Under the pieces are notes generated by a model. The model was given only the letters and a program-made list of their open reading frames with translations. It did no database searches and was not told where the DNA came from. Below are positions 38,861 through 52,440 of a DNA stretch of 64,000 nucleotides, one piece after another. The translations under genes and the position numbers were made by a program. The stretch covers positions 25,234,001 through 25,298,000 of the forward strand of contig NC_045720.1 of the NCBI RefSeq assembly GCF_009834535.1, given 5' to 3'. The stretch's first letter is position 1. Each line of letters begins with the position of its first letter. This DNA comes from Camelus ferus (Eukaryota).

Positions 38861-40349
38861 GTAAGTCCTCTTTGGAGTAGTGTTCGACTACCTCAGGCCT
38901 AGCCAATAAAGAGTTTCATGGAAAAGTGTGAAAATAAGAAATGATGAAAGTCATCCTTCAAAATGAAAATCAGGCTGTCTAGGTCTATAACAAAGAGATA
39001 AAAAAAAAAAAAAAAACCCTGTAAAGTCCTCCTCAGAGCTTTGAATATAAATTTTTACAGACTGGTTATTTTGTTGTTGGCTCAAATTCTAGAGGATAGG
39101 GAATTAAGTCAAGCACAGTATTATTGTCATTATTTTTATTTTGCTGCTATTGTTATGAAGATGCAGTGAATTCATCACATATGAAACTGATGACAGAGAA
39201 TTAAGTCAAACTCAGGACCTTAAAATAAAATACTTTTCTCTATCAAGTAATGGCATCAATTTACACAACACATCAGTGCAGAATAAAAACAAACTATGTA
39301 CTTAGTTGTGAACATTTCTGACTTTTTTTTCCAACCAAGCAGTTTGTACACTAGAAAGAAAAATGGCTCAGCAAGTAATACAGTGGGTAAATTCATCTGA
39401 CAAACATTTATTTGTTACTTCTGGGTTCCAGGAACTCTACTAGGCACTGACAGTCTGCATCAGTGATGAGGTCTCTGGTCTCCCAGACCTCATCCAGCTT
39501 TGTTACAAACTAGGTCACTAAAAAATGGTTGGCCTTCCTTGAGAATAGGAAGTATACTTCTGTTACTTTATATCATTACCCATAAATGTAATACTTGGTG
39601 CACAGCAGGTCCTTAACGATTGTGTGTGACTTAGTTTTGTAAATTAGACAAACAGTAAAGTAGGGTTGCAGTGATTTTAAACTCTTTGCTATTGTGGCTA
39701 CTCTACATTGGTCTTAGACACACAGCTGTGTGCATTAAGGGGTTAGCACACTGCTTCAAGCAAAATACAATGACAGCAACCAAAGCCTTATGCTTTTTTC
39801 CCAACCTATGTGGCCATCTCTTCATAGTTCAACTGTTTCTGCTGCTTATTAGTCTTTTTGAGGCATACCGTTCTTTAGGGGTTTAGATCTGCAACGTTTT
39901 TATGATCACATCTCATTTTATTTGAATGGATTATGTATGGAATTGGATCCTTGGAAACAATCATTTTCTTAACAAACAATGATGATGTCACGGCAACAGA
40001 GGATGAGTAAATCTAAAGAGCTGATAGTCTCATGGGTGGGGAGTGAGGGTGTAGTGTACATAATGGCAACTCAAGAAACCAAAGAAAATACATTTATAAA
40101 ATGCAAGGGAGTGTAAGAAAAAGTTGTTTCCAGGGAGGTCAGTATTTTGAGAGTTTTATAACAAGAAAAACCACTGTAAAACATCAGGGATACTCTTATG
40201 TAAATGGTTTGAGCTGAAACCTAAAACTACATGAAACTTGGCTGATGTCAGACAGCCTGACAATAGGACTAGCAAATAATTAGTCTAGTCTTTTTCTAGG
40301 CTCCTGAAGAATTTGCTTTGGTTTTTTTCCCAAAATGTCTTCTAGTTCT

Positions 40350-40396
40350 TGTGTGCATGTGTGTGTGTGCGTGTGCGTGTGCGTGTGCGTGTGCGC
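40350..40396. repeat. (TG)n / (GTGTGC)5 alternating purine-pyrimidine tract
   Basis: 47 bp of uninterrupted RY alternation. Confidence 0.95.
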
Positions 40397-42388
40397 TTAT
40401 GAGGCTGGAATGGCATTAAGGATACAAAGAGTGGGTAGGTTTAGGAGGGTTGGAGGCATCTGAAGTAAGCTTCAGGGTGTGTGGTATGAATGTCATTCTG
40501 GCATGTGTATGAGGAAGGCACATTTATTTCCTTTTAGAGTGCCCACTGCTCTCACCGAGCATTTTCCATTCCTTGAACATCTGTGTGATTCTGATCGTCA
40601 CCCAAATGATGCAGATCTGTGATCAAAAAGTAAGTCACCCCAGCTAAAGTGAGGCGTATGGTCTGAGATCCCCATTTTCTTCTCTTGAGATAATTATGAA
40701 CCTTAAGTATCAGAATTATAAATCCAAAATGAACTTAATAATTTAATTACAAATCTCTGGTTTCAAAGAAAAGAAAACTGAGGTCCAGAAATATGCAATA
40801 TTTTTGCTCAAGGAGGGAGAAAGACTTAAATATGGGATGTTTGATACCTTCCTAGTTTGGTGTGGTTTCTACTCTGTAATGCTCCTATAATAAAGTTGGT
40901 GGCTCTGGTCCTCCTGCCAACACCCAGCAGAAAATAGTTCTGTAATCATCACCTTCTCATGCAATTAAATATTAAGATTCATGTTGGCATCAAATGGGAA
41001 ATTAGAACTCATTAAAACATCATGCCTGTTCTGCTGAAAGCTTATTTAAAATAAGCACACTATAAACTGGTGATATTCACTCTTTCAAAGAAAATCAGAC
41101 AGAAGCTTGAAAAGAGAAGCTACACCCTTGTAACTTCCCTTTCTACCTGTATCTTCACTCACACCAGCACTGATCCTCCAGGCCCAGTAATGCCACATGT
41201 GGCCTCAAGTTAGGACTCCAGATGTCCAGCTTCTCATTTCTGTGCTTGCCTTCCAGTTGTTTCCCTTCCCTCTGAGTTAGGATCCCTCATTGTGATAAAG
41301 GAATTAATACTAACACTTGTATAGTATTTTATAATTTATGAAATTATTTTTAATACTATAATCATTTAATCCTTACGATGACTTTTGAGCTAGGTATTAT
41401 TATACACATTTTAAAAATCAAGAAACTTTCATGAGGCTTTGGTCAATTGCCCTGCTCAAATTCAACTAGATTCCAACTAAAATCAAAACTATGAAACTCA
41501 CGTTAGGTTTTTGTTTTCTATTTTTACGTTTTCTATATTTTTCCTCTTTCAAATTAAATTCAGAATTTTAGGAGGTTTCTTTTAAAAAATATTTTATCTT
41601 AATAGAAATTGTATTTTGAAAACTCCTGTAATAGCTATGGCCATAACATATAAACCGAAATATTTCTTAAAAAATATACCTTTCTCATGCTTTCAGCACA
41701 TATTGATTAAAAGTAAGTGTTGTGAACGGATTGATGAGCTTACAAATATACATGTAATACACATATTTTCCTTTTATCCTCCAAGGAAAGTCCAAATGAT
41801 TTTCTCAGATAAAAATATAAAATCTACAGAACCCAGGAGAATATAAATTTTAAAAAAAAATGTGAGAGTGTCATGATAAACACATCATGTGAAATAGCAC
41901 ACAATCAATGTGAAATTATTAAATACTTCCTCTAGAGAGGCAGTATTATCCAGATCCTTATCATCTAACACCCAGACTATTATACAGCCTTCCTTCCTCC
42001 TCTCTTGGTACTCTCAAATATATCTTGCACACTATTATTAGGATGTTTTTTATGAAAGACAATCTGATTTGGTCTCTGCCATCCTCCATATATTTCAACA
42101 GTGTTCAGATATCTGCAGGTTAAAGTCTGCCACTTAAAACTCGTCATGACCTGTTCTTACCTACTTATTCAGCTTTTATTATCTTACTCTCCCCTCAACC
42201 TCACCCAGCCAGAAACTCCCTCATAATCATAATGATTTGATCCAGAAACTACTTGAAATTTCCCTTCACCTTCCACATCTTTGTTTATGCAATATCCTTA
42301 GCCTACGCACATAAACCCAACTTTGGATACATCTTCTAAATCTTTAAGATTTTCCTTTATTCCAGAAAGTCTTCCCTAATCCCTACCA

Positions 42389-42810
42389 TGGTTTATGCTG
42401 TGGTGTGCACACCTGTAGCCTCCCTTCAGAGCTGAAGCATTCCTTCTCCTACCTCCTGGGGATGTTATGGCTAAGAGCTCGTAGTCAAGACCTCCTGCCT
42501 GGGTATGCATGTGGCTGAAGAAAGTCATGTCACTCAAGGTCAGTGCTCCTTTCTACAGACAGATTGCATCCAATGACTGGTCAGTATAGGAGTATATTAA
42601 GGACCCCTTGCCCCAGTTCAGGGCAATGCTGAAGGGCCATCGAAAGTCCAGCATTTCACCTGAGATTAGCAGAGGTGTTTACTGTGACTACATGTGAGCC
42701 CAACTTATCCCACTGATCAGTACTGCTTTCTTTACTCTGCCACAGGAATCAGTCCTAAGATCATTCACCTGTAAACTGCTCTACACTGATTTCCCAGAGA
42801 AATGCATCAC
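42389..42810 (+). mobile_element. ERVL solo LTR, LTR16 family
   Basis: Has tgctgtggtgtgc start, catccaatgactggtc, tgaagggccatc, with CCAAT at 42570 and TATATTAA at 42593. Confidence 0.75.
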
Positions 42811-43758
42811 CCTCATTCTCAGGTCTTTTTTGGTTGCTTTGTAGTCCCACAGATCCATAACAGTCTGTGGGTAACTATCCAGTATCCAGATTCTTTTTAT
42901 AAGTCACTAACAAGTATTTATTAAATAACTGTGTATGACCTTTCCTGCTAATTTCTACACTTCTAGAGAATAGAAACCATTTTTATAAAAATTCAAAATA
43001 GATACCTAAGTTAGCCAAATTATTACTAATAGTTAGTAATTAATATTTAGTGAATACATACTATGCACCAGACACCTTATTTTACATAAGAAAACTGAGG
43101 GGGTGGTACTTTGCATAAAGTCATAGGCACTAATATGAGTAGAAGTCAAGATTTGAGCTTTGATTTCATAACTGCCAACTGTATGGCCATCCCTCATTAA
43201 GGGGAAATCCATCAGTTAATTTTTGGAATTAAATACACTCAAAGCATATATTCTAAAAGATAAAGTATATTTCTTCTGTTTCCATTACTGTCTTTAATAA
43301 TCTGAATATCCATGGACACATTATCTCATCTCTCTGGTTCTCAATTTTATGTCCTATAAATTAAAGTATTTATGAAGCACCTTGCAGCACAAAAAGTATT
43401 TGCTAAAATAAAATTCCCTTTATGTATACTTTTTTTTAAATTTTTTGCCCCTTCAATTCTTTGATAAATGATTAAATTTTAATCTCTCAAAAAATATTTC
43501 AGTTAGAGTTTCCATCAGTTTAGGGCTTACTGTGACTTTTTACTTCTCATGAAACCTTTGCTGGTCCCAAAACTTAGAGATAAAAGACAAATTCATAACA
43601 ACCACCACAATAACAAATGCTTAAAAGAAATAAAATATTAATTGTGAGGTTAGGGAGATGCTATGATCTACTGGAAAGCACCCTAGAATAGGAATCAGAA
43701 GATATGGGAGCCATTAAATAGTGAAGTCTCGCTTCACTATCAACAAAACCAACTTGGC

Positions 43759-44320
43759 TGTATCAGTCAATGTTCAGTCAGGGAAATAGAGCCATGACAA
43801 GTATTGTAGAAATAAGAAATTTGTTACACAAATTACACCTTACACAAATGTGAGATGAGCTGGGGAAGTGAAGGTCTAGAAGATGAAGGTGGAAAATCAG
43901 AGGGAGGCTCACTAACACATATACTTGAACTCTAGTGTGGTGGTGGACAAGCTGAAGTTAGCAGGAAAATTCAAGAAACCAAGCATTGCCAGCCACCAAA
44001 GTGGGGCCACCTCAGGGGAGATCTACAAAAAGCTGTAGCTATGTTACCTGGAGTGGTGCAGTCAAGCATCTGGTGGGAGTCTAAATAAATTGCCAGCATG
44101 GGGGAGGCAAGCTGGATGCAGAGTGGAAGAGAAGACAAGCTGAGAACTGCTGGGCACCTTTGACCCTGAACATCACTATGTCTAATGATAATCTGAGAGC
44201 TGGACCACTGCTTCACTTCTACCTTCCAAATCTCAAGTCCTCTTTGGGCCAGCTCTAACTTGGAACTATACAAAGAAGGAGATTCTGAGAAACATTGTTC
44301 TCAGATTAACCAAGTAGACA
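43759..44320 (-). mobile_element. MaLR LTR (MLT1M/N-like) interrupting a MIR
   Basis: Starts tgtatcagtca and ends with ...ggaactatacaaagaaggagattctgagaaacattgttc. MIR pieces lie at about 43660-43750 and 44330-44400. Confidence 0.65.
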
Positions 44321-44649
44321 GTAGCCCAATCTAGCTATACCTTGGGCAAATCACCTAATACTTGTATACCTCAATTTTCTCATCTTTAAGTGGGAATAAT
44401 GTTCTCTCTCCTGTCATTCTCGCCATTTTGTTATATGGATCCATTCAGAAAGACTATGCAAAAATACTTGTATTGGACAAACTTTAATTCCATACAACTA
44501 TGAAATGTTTTTATTGTTAATTCAATTTTTATCACACCCAAGAAATTTACTGTTGAGTCAGTTAAAAGTTAGGTATATTTCTATATTGAAATCTACCTCC
44601 CTACTGTCCCCAAAATGTCTTTTACTGATTGATATTTATCTATTTACCT

Positions 44650-44940
44650 ATCTGGATTCAGAATCTATTTCAGGTTCACTCATTGCATCTGTGATCTCTT
44701 TAGTTACCTTTTACCTAGAGCAGTCTACCACACACCCACCATTAATATTTTTAAAGAATCCAGGTCAGTTTTCCTCAGAAATGTCTCTTTATGAATTTAT
44801 CTGATTATTTCTTCCTGTTGAGATTCAAATTAAATCTTTTTGACAAGAATGCTAGATAAACGATACTGTGTACTTCCCATTTCATCACAAAAGGTCATTT
44901 TGTCCCATTATTGGCTGGGCAAAGTTTAATCACTGGAAGT
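44650..44940 (-). mobile_element. Old L1M (L1MC-like) 3' fragment
   Basis: tttttaaagaatccaggtcagttttcctcagaaatgtctc and tgtcccattattgg resemble the L1MC4/5 3' end. Confidence 0.5.
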
Positions 44941-45679
44941 TTTGGGGGGATTTTGTGCAATGAAATATGTAGTCTCAAAGAAAATTCTTACAAAATTTCA
45001 TAATTTATAAAACACATTAAGGTGATCTATGTTGGTTGAAGTGGTTGTGGGGACTTACCACAATATCCCATTGGCCCTCCCCTTGCTAATGCTTCAGACA
45101 TTTGTAGAGTACATTGTAATAGATTATTATAACTGAAAATGTAATGACTTAACAATTGGAGATAAATATTGTTTGTGATTTTGTTGAGTGAATTTACATG
45201 TTAATTTTTCCATTCTTGGTTACAGTTTGTCACCTAAAGTTAATTCCTTTATCTTTTTATATTAACTCAATTAATAAATTCTCTATCACAGATAGTATAA
45301 TGACAAGTTAAAAGATAACCCTTCTTTGAAACAATAGAACATTTGTGTTCACAAAGTCTGAATGATAGTGTTTAACCATTGAATGTACATTTTAGATTAT
45401 AATTACAACCTTACCGTAATATTTATGATGCACAATTTGGGAATATACTTCTCATTTTATTATCTCCATATTATTTGTTGGGAAGGAACGATACTTTCAG
45501 GGTAGAACTAACTATGGCTATGTTAAAGCCTTGATTGAAAGAGATTTTATTAAGAGATAAATAAGATGTTTAACCAAAATTACCCAAAAGAATCTTGGAA
45601 GTAATTTGGCCATTAAACATCTTTTTGTACAAAGTTTATTTTTGGCCAAGAGCTTTATTGGGAAGCAGTTTTATGTAAT

Positions 45680-45810
45680 AGGCAAAATAGTGTATTTGGA
45701 ATCCAGAGACAGGAACTTAAGACTTAGACCTGTAGTTACTTTTCTGAATGACCTTGGACAAGTTACTTCAACTTTTCCAAGTCTCAGATCCTCAAAAGTA
45801 AAATAAGGAG
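45680..45810 (+). mobile_element. MIR SINE
   Basis: tgaccttggacaagttacttcaacttttccaagtctcagatcctcaaaagtaaaat. Confidence 0.7.
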
Positions 45811-46809
45811 GTAAGGATGAAGTCTTTACAATACCAGAATTCTCTTTTTCAATCATTAAAGTATTCCCATGTCATGTATGTATTTCCAGGACAAAACAAA
45901 TTAGTGTGGATTGAAAAGAATTCTCTCGAGTCCTCCATGTAAATTTAAGCCCTGCATTTTTGTAGGTATTGCAAAACTTGTTTCACTCTTTTTCATGAAA
46001 TGTTTTTCATTTCTCTGATCCTCTGGGCTGCATGGTCCTAGCTGGAACCAGTAGCAGATGTGTTGAAATACTAAGAGGAAATTTGGACAGATCAAGGTAG
46101 AAAAAAATATGTAGGGAATCTCCTGGCAGTTTCTACCCTTTTGAATTTTTAGATATCAAATCTAAGTAGTTTTATTTGTATTTTCAAATAATTTCTCCAA
46201 CTTGGGATGTGTATTACTTTTATTTAGACCAAGATTTTTATTGTGGTTATATACCTCAAACAGTGAAGGAATTGTTTTATCCAACAAAATTTGTATTTTA
46301 TACTCCTTGACTAAGATGAAATATTCAAGAGGAAAAAAGCATGGTCTTAGAAAGTCACTTTGTACCTTCCTCAGGTCTTATAAGGGTCAGGAAATCTCTT
46401 GACTTTAATGCAGGTTAATGTCAGTTTCTTCAGTCTTAGATTTTTCCAAGGCAGCAAAAACAAATGCCCCGATGCTACTAGGTCTAAGAAGTGCCAAAGG
46501 ATTCCTACTCCAGAATGAGTAATGCTTGGACTCGGGCAACTGCTGTGCTAGAACCTTGTAGGTTGGCAAAGGTTGCTAGAGCCACTAGCACTGCCTCCAG
46601 GAAATAGTCTAGGGATATGTCCTATGATCACACTGCTCAGGGTCCTCCTAATGTTGGCCAACACTGAAAAGATGAAGGCTCCATCTTCAATGAAGAAAAT
46701 ATTTTTTACTTTCTATTGTGTGCTATCCTAAGATGAAACGCCCAGAAAGATTTCAGTATAGTCATGTATGTGCTTGTTCACACTTATCTATACTCATGTG
46801 TGATGGGGC

Positions 46810-47620
46810 TAGGGGAAGGGGTAGATAGTAAACAGACAAATAGGCAATTACAATGCCATGAACATAGTGAGTTCACTAATAAAGACAAGTGTGGCATGAA
46901 TAAGGGGACCTAACCAATTTGGGGGAGTTGGGAAAGCGTCCAAGGCCTAAGGCCTAAGACATAAAAATGGCAGATTGGAATTAGCTGGAGAAACAGTTCA
47001 AGTTGGAGGTAGAAGAGGGATTAGCACGTGTGAAAGCTCATAAGTGAGATCCAGCATGTCTCATTCGGCAAATTGCAAGTAGTTAGGTATCGCTTAAGCA
47101 TACAGTGTAAATGGCGAAGTATGATGCTAAGAACATAGAGGAGAGCCAGACAACTAGTAATATGTGGGAGATTTAGGATTGGCAAATAAAATGCCTCTAA
47201 GGGCAGCCCATCTGCATGGTCTTTTTTCACATCCCAGTCAATTTTTTTTTCACTCAATATTTTGATTACTCTGTTCATTAAATATGAACAAAAACAATGT
47301 GCAAGACATTTTGGGTGAAACAAATCCCACAGAACTCAACCCTTATCCTTCAAGAGCTTAACTGCTTTGCCTGACTTGATTTTCTTTTTGCTTTAAGTCT
47401 TAGCTCAGACTGTAGAGCTCTGCTTTTTTAGACTGGGTAAGCAGCCCCTTCTACGTGCCCTCCCTGTGTTGTTCGCATATCTTTATCAGAGTTCTTATCA
47501 CATTGGATCATAACTGGGTATTCCCTGCTACCTGTGGGAGGGCAGGGACCTCTCCACAATGCCTGGCATACGTTTGGAAAGAAAGCACTTTCTAATAAAT
47601 ATATGAAAGATACATCAACA
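46810..47620. mobile_element. Cluster of L2 fragments in both orientations
   Basis: Antisense L2 at about 46810-47400. Sense L2 3' end gagggcagggacc...aatgcctggcata...aataaatatatgaa at about 47400-47610. Confidence 0.55.
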
Positions 47621-48284
47621 AAGATATTTTTTGTGCATTCAACAAACACAGCTAAGTACTATATGGCAATTATTGATCTAGATGCTAGAAACTGAGAGAC
47701 CAACGAGTCAGTTATAGTCAATTTAGTTAATTATATTTCTGAGTAAAATTTTTTAAATTATGAAAATGACAATATAAAATATTGACAACCCTACAACAAT
47801 GCTTCTTCTTTCTAGATGATATATTTATTTTCAAGAGCTTTTACTCATTTCAACCACAAGCAATTATAAAACCATTTAAAATAATTATCCCAAGTATTAA
47901 CAAATATCAACATTAAATGTTCAACTAAAAATCCTATGATGATAGTAGCATCATAACATTCAACTTTAACTATTATTAACAGCATTTATTCTATGCCAGA
48001 TATTTGCAAAATGCTTTGATATGTTAAATGCTTGTTAACAAATAACAATTATTAAATATGTCATTGTCCAATATTCATAATTATTATATTTCTCTATTAA
48101 TTGGATATAGTTTTGCTTTAATTTACATGACTTCACTAAAATTACTCTCTTAAAAGTTGTTATAATTCTTTTGAAATCAAAGTCTTCATTCACTCATCTA
48201 GCCAGCCAGCCACCATTTATCATCTTGCTGTTATTTCCCTTGTACTACTACTCAGTTATTTCCAAAGTTGAATGTGCATATAGT

Positions 48285-48415
48285 CAACTAAGGTGTTTTT
48301 CTAAAGTATAAATTTCTGAATCCCACATCCAGAAATTCTGATCCTGGCGTAGAACCTAGATATCGCAGTCCTACCAAGTACACCTAGGTGATGCTGATGC
48401 AGAAATAACACTTTA
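48285..48415. mobile_element. MER5A-type fragment
   Basis: cccacatccagaaattctgat...cctaggtgatgctgatgc. Confidence 0.65.
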
Positions 48416-49176
48416 ATGACATTGAAAGTAAACACCATGCTTGCTGATCTTGTGGGGCTAATAGTTGAGTTCTGAGAAGGTAAAAAAAAGAGATTGGTAG
48501 CTTAAAATCAAAGTTTTGGCTATGGTATGTTTTAGCATGTCGCTTTGGTTTTTTGTTTTGTATTGTTTTGCTTTTTGATCAAGGAATTATGGACCTTTGC
48601 TAGAGCTATGGATTTTCTCCCCAGAATAAATGAACAACTATGAGATGTTGCTTACATTTATGTGTGGGATTCAACGCCACAGTAAGAACCCTTTGAATTA
48701 GGCTGTAGTTGGGCACTAAAGAAAAATGGTCAGTTCAGCTAGGGTTGAGGATGGATGGGGGTACATTGGAGGAGATTGAAGTGGGCCAGGAAAGGCTTCA
48801 TAGACAAAATCTTTGGGAATTTGTGAAGTATGAGAAATTGTTCATCAGGTAAATATGGAGGATGGTGGCAGAAGGAGGAAAGTTTTGAGATTCCAACCAG
48901 AAGGATCAATGTGGACAAAGACCCAGAAATGGGAGAGAGATTGCCTTAGACAAAAGAAAGTATCTTGTATGTAGAAGTTTGCTGTGCTACAGAACATAAA
49001 GGCCATTTACATGATGAGGCATTTGGACTCTATCTTATACTAATTGTGGAGAGAAATAAGTACACTGATGATTTTGGTCAACAGAAGAATCTGCTTATGT
49101 ATACTAGAGCCTTATTTGCAGAACTTATAGCAACACATTGTCCAAGTACAACAAGAAAGAGTATTTCCTCTTCACC

Positions 49177-49202
<26 letters not shown>
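49177..49202 (+). repeat. A26 homopolymer
   Basis: Directly visible. Shorter runs: A16 at 2269-2284 and A17 at 39000-39016. Confidence 0.97.
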
Positions 49203-49207
<5 letters not shown>

Positions 49208-50984
49208 TCAGACAATGCCTCTCAATGGATTTCAACATTCTACTCACCCTTTCCTTGCCCTCTGTTTTCCCCTAGGGGAGCTGGAAAGAAAGTTTCTTTC
49301 TACTCTGTAACAGAGATAAAAATGAGAACAAATCTACCTCCCTTGAACTTGTTTATACTAAAAAAAAATACCAATTTTAGTCATAAGTTTTACAAGGTCC
49401 TGACTTAATTTTTGGTAAAAAGGCAAACCCATAAACTCTCTGAGATGGCTGTTGGCCTGGTCTTTTAGGCACCAGAAGAGGTCCCACTCAGTGAGCCACT
49501 GACTCAGAACTGACTCTACCAGCCACACATGATTCCAAGGGAACTGAAATAAGTTTAAGGGACTATTTGTATTCTTTACGGGGGTCTTAGTGCCATGCAA
49601 TTCATTTGGCACTCATTTTTTATGTATTCGTAGAAAGGGGGAGGAATACTGAAAGAACTTTATTTTTATTTAGAACTAAAAACAGAATCATTGCAGTATT
49701 TCTGAACTTTGGGAATTATGGTTTCATTGTCACAGATTTCATGAAAATGGTTTTTTTTAATGTACAAAATAGAGTATATTCTCTCAGTACTATGCAGAAG
49801 CACTAAGAGATATCAGTGTGAGTTCACTATTTTTTTTTTTTTTGGAGTAAGAGTTTATGACCTGAGTCGTTGATAAACTCATTTTTATCAAAGTTCTATG
49901 TTATATTAATACTTGTAAGCCAAGGGAGGGGCATTAAAATGTATATTGTCAAAATTTAAGTAGGTGAAAAAATTAGTGTACAATTTAAATGTGTGTAATG
50001 AAAGCTAATACTATATAAAACAATCATAACAATCAGAGAATAATGAAACTGGATTTTCTTAGTTTCTGATTTGAGCTGAGGTTTCCTGTAACTCTGGAAA
50101 TGTATCTATCTTAATCACAGCACAGATTCCCATGACTCTTGCTATCTCGAGCATTTGTTACACTTGCACATCTTCAACTAAACATGTTCAAAGGTATCTG
50201 TCAAATTACATATCTGTCTCAGGGCATCTGAGGCTTAAAAAGCACGTAAGACAGCATACTTCTTCTTAAATAATGGTTAGATTATTACACTACACAAATT
50301 CTGGTGGTTCCCCAATGATTCAATTCCATATGAGAACAAATGACTCCAATTAAGGAAGACTGAATATGATAGAGGAAGCTTTCAGGAAGTAGAGATGAGA
50401 ATTAAGGGATATGTTGGTTATGGGTGATCTTTTCAGGGATTTTTCCAAGTGTCAATTATGGGTAAAAAAAGGGAAAAATACATTGCTGGATTCAGCCAAT
50501 AAAGCACCCTATTAAATGGCAAGAAAAACATGGGATTCTCAAAAGATTGAAATTTTAATTTATTAAAGAATAAACTTTTGAATTAAAGGATTGTTATTCA
50601 GGTATCTGAGTTCAAAATGACATATACCTTAAATTAGGTAGTCAGTCAGCAAAGCAACTCTGGTTTCCTGTTCTTTGTGCTTAGTATTTTGCTTGCTCTG
50701 TATAAAAATGAGAAAAACTTTCACAAGAGATGGGGCTTATGAATTTGAAAACAATGGTCTTTTTCATCTTTAATTTCTCCAGCTTATTGCCTATGTACAT
50801 GTCTTAATTAGCTATGTATCTATCTCACTATTTTCATCACTCTCAGTATGCTTATGTATGTCAATGTTGTATACAAGTTATGCTTGTTTATTTAGACCTA
50901 TTCATATAACCATGTTTACTGAGCTTCTGTATAGTTTATAGTTATCAGTTAGGGAAGTTTGGTTTCTTTGTTTCACTTTTTATT

Positions 50985-51190
50985 AATATTCATAGGTGCT
51001 CTACATGTGACAATCTTTTCAATGCCTCTATATATATATTACCTCATTTAATTGTCACAACAATATTAGAAGGGCATTAGTATTATTAGAACCATTTTAC
51101 AGATGAGGCAACTGAGGATCAGAAAGGATAAGAGCTAGGTTGCAAACCAGACAATTAAGCTCCAAACTGTTCTGTTATACTGTCTCTCAT
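50985..51190 (-). mobile_element. MIR SINE
   Basis: acctcatttaattgtcacac and ccattttacagatgaggcaactgagg. Confidence 0.85.
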
Positions 51191-52229
51191 GTACACATAC
51201 ACAAATGTACATGACAGTCCTACTCTTCAGAAGCTAATGTTTATTTATTTTTTGTGGGGGGTGGGGAGATAAAGAAAGAAGGAAAATTTTTGGTTAATGA
51301 CTTTACTGTCAGTTTTCTTCACTTATACTTATTTTGTGCCAAACTACCTATATCTTCTTGATTTTTATGTCTCTTTAAGTATCTCTCAATCTCTATCATA
51401 TCCTTAATTCTTGATTAGTCAAACTGTATGTTATTAGATCTTTTAATCTTCCTACTCACATCCTCTTTTCTTTTGAAACTTCTTTTGAATTTGTACTTCT
51501 ACTTACAGATTTATATCTATGAGTGTACATCATTGTCATACAACTCTCTATCATAGGCATATGTTCACTAATTTTTTTATAAGTGCACCAACTTTGCTTC
51601 ATATATTTTCTTATTATTATCTCACATACTCATTGAAAGGCTCTTGCAAATAAGTACATTATCTGTTCACCTATGGACAATGGAGTAACAGAATATATCT
51701 GCAACATATGAAAAATAGTGTTGCACTTAATAACACAGATTTAATAGAGACTTCTCCAACAGAGATTACAGTCCAAAGTTCAACATTGGAAAACAAACCC
51801 TCTATCCTCTAACAAATATGATGAAGCTTTTGAAACAGATCTTTAAAATGAATTCCCAGGTTCCAGAAGGAATTATGCAATAGAACAGAAACATATATAG
51901 ATATAGGACCCTTTGTAAAACTCAATGGTCTCATTTCTCATATGGACTCTAGTATTTGCTTTAATACATTATTCCATGAGTTATTTCTTCAGATGTCTGT
52001 TGGCAGCCACAAACTAATTCCATCATCATTATAGCAGTGTCCCAATATGATTTGAGCTGACCGTTAGGTCATTAATATTGGACAAATTTCAAATCAGGGA
52101 AAAAATATCCATGGGGCTTAAACTGTAAAACATAATTGTATTATTGGAGTTAAAATGTTACTACATATAAACAATCTCTTTAGATGAGTAAAACTTAAAT
52201 TGTAAACAAGTTGAACTCTTAGTTCATAA

Positions 52230-52440
52230 TTGACTCAATAAATATTTATTGAATGTCTCTTATTTATATTGTATATGGAATTTACAAAGATGGTAAGACA
52301 TGAATGCTACTCATTAAAAGCTTATAGTCTGATGAGGAAGAAAGGGCACATATATAAATAAAAATACTACAATAGCAAAATGAGATGTGCCACAAGAGAA
52401 GCAATTTATCTGCACAATGGCAATTTAAAGAAGAGAGAAG
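52230..52440 (-). mobile_element. L2 3' end
   Basis: actcaataaatatttattgaatgtct and gcttatagtctgatgagg. Confidence 0.6.

Noticed and set aside
48965-49408. Longest ORF in the track (147 aa, poly-Lys)
   Set aside because: Poly-Lys comes from the A26 run; no recognisable domain or exon structure.
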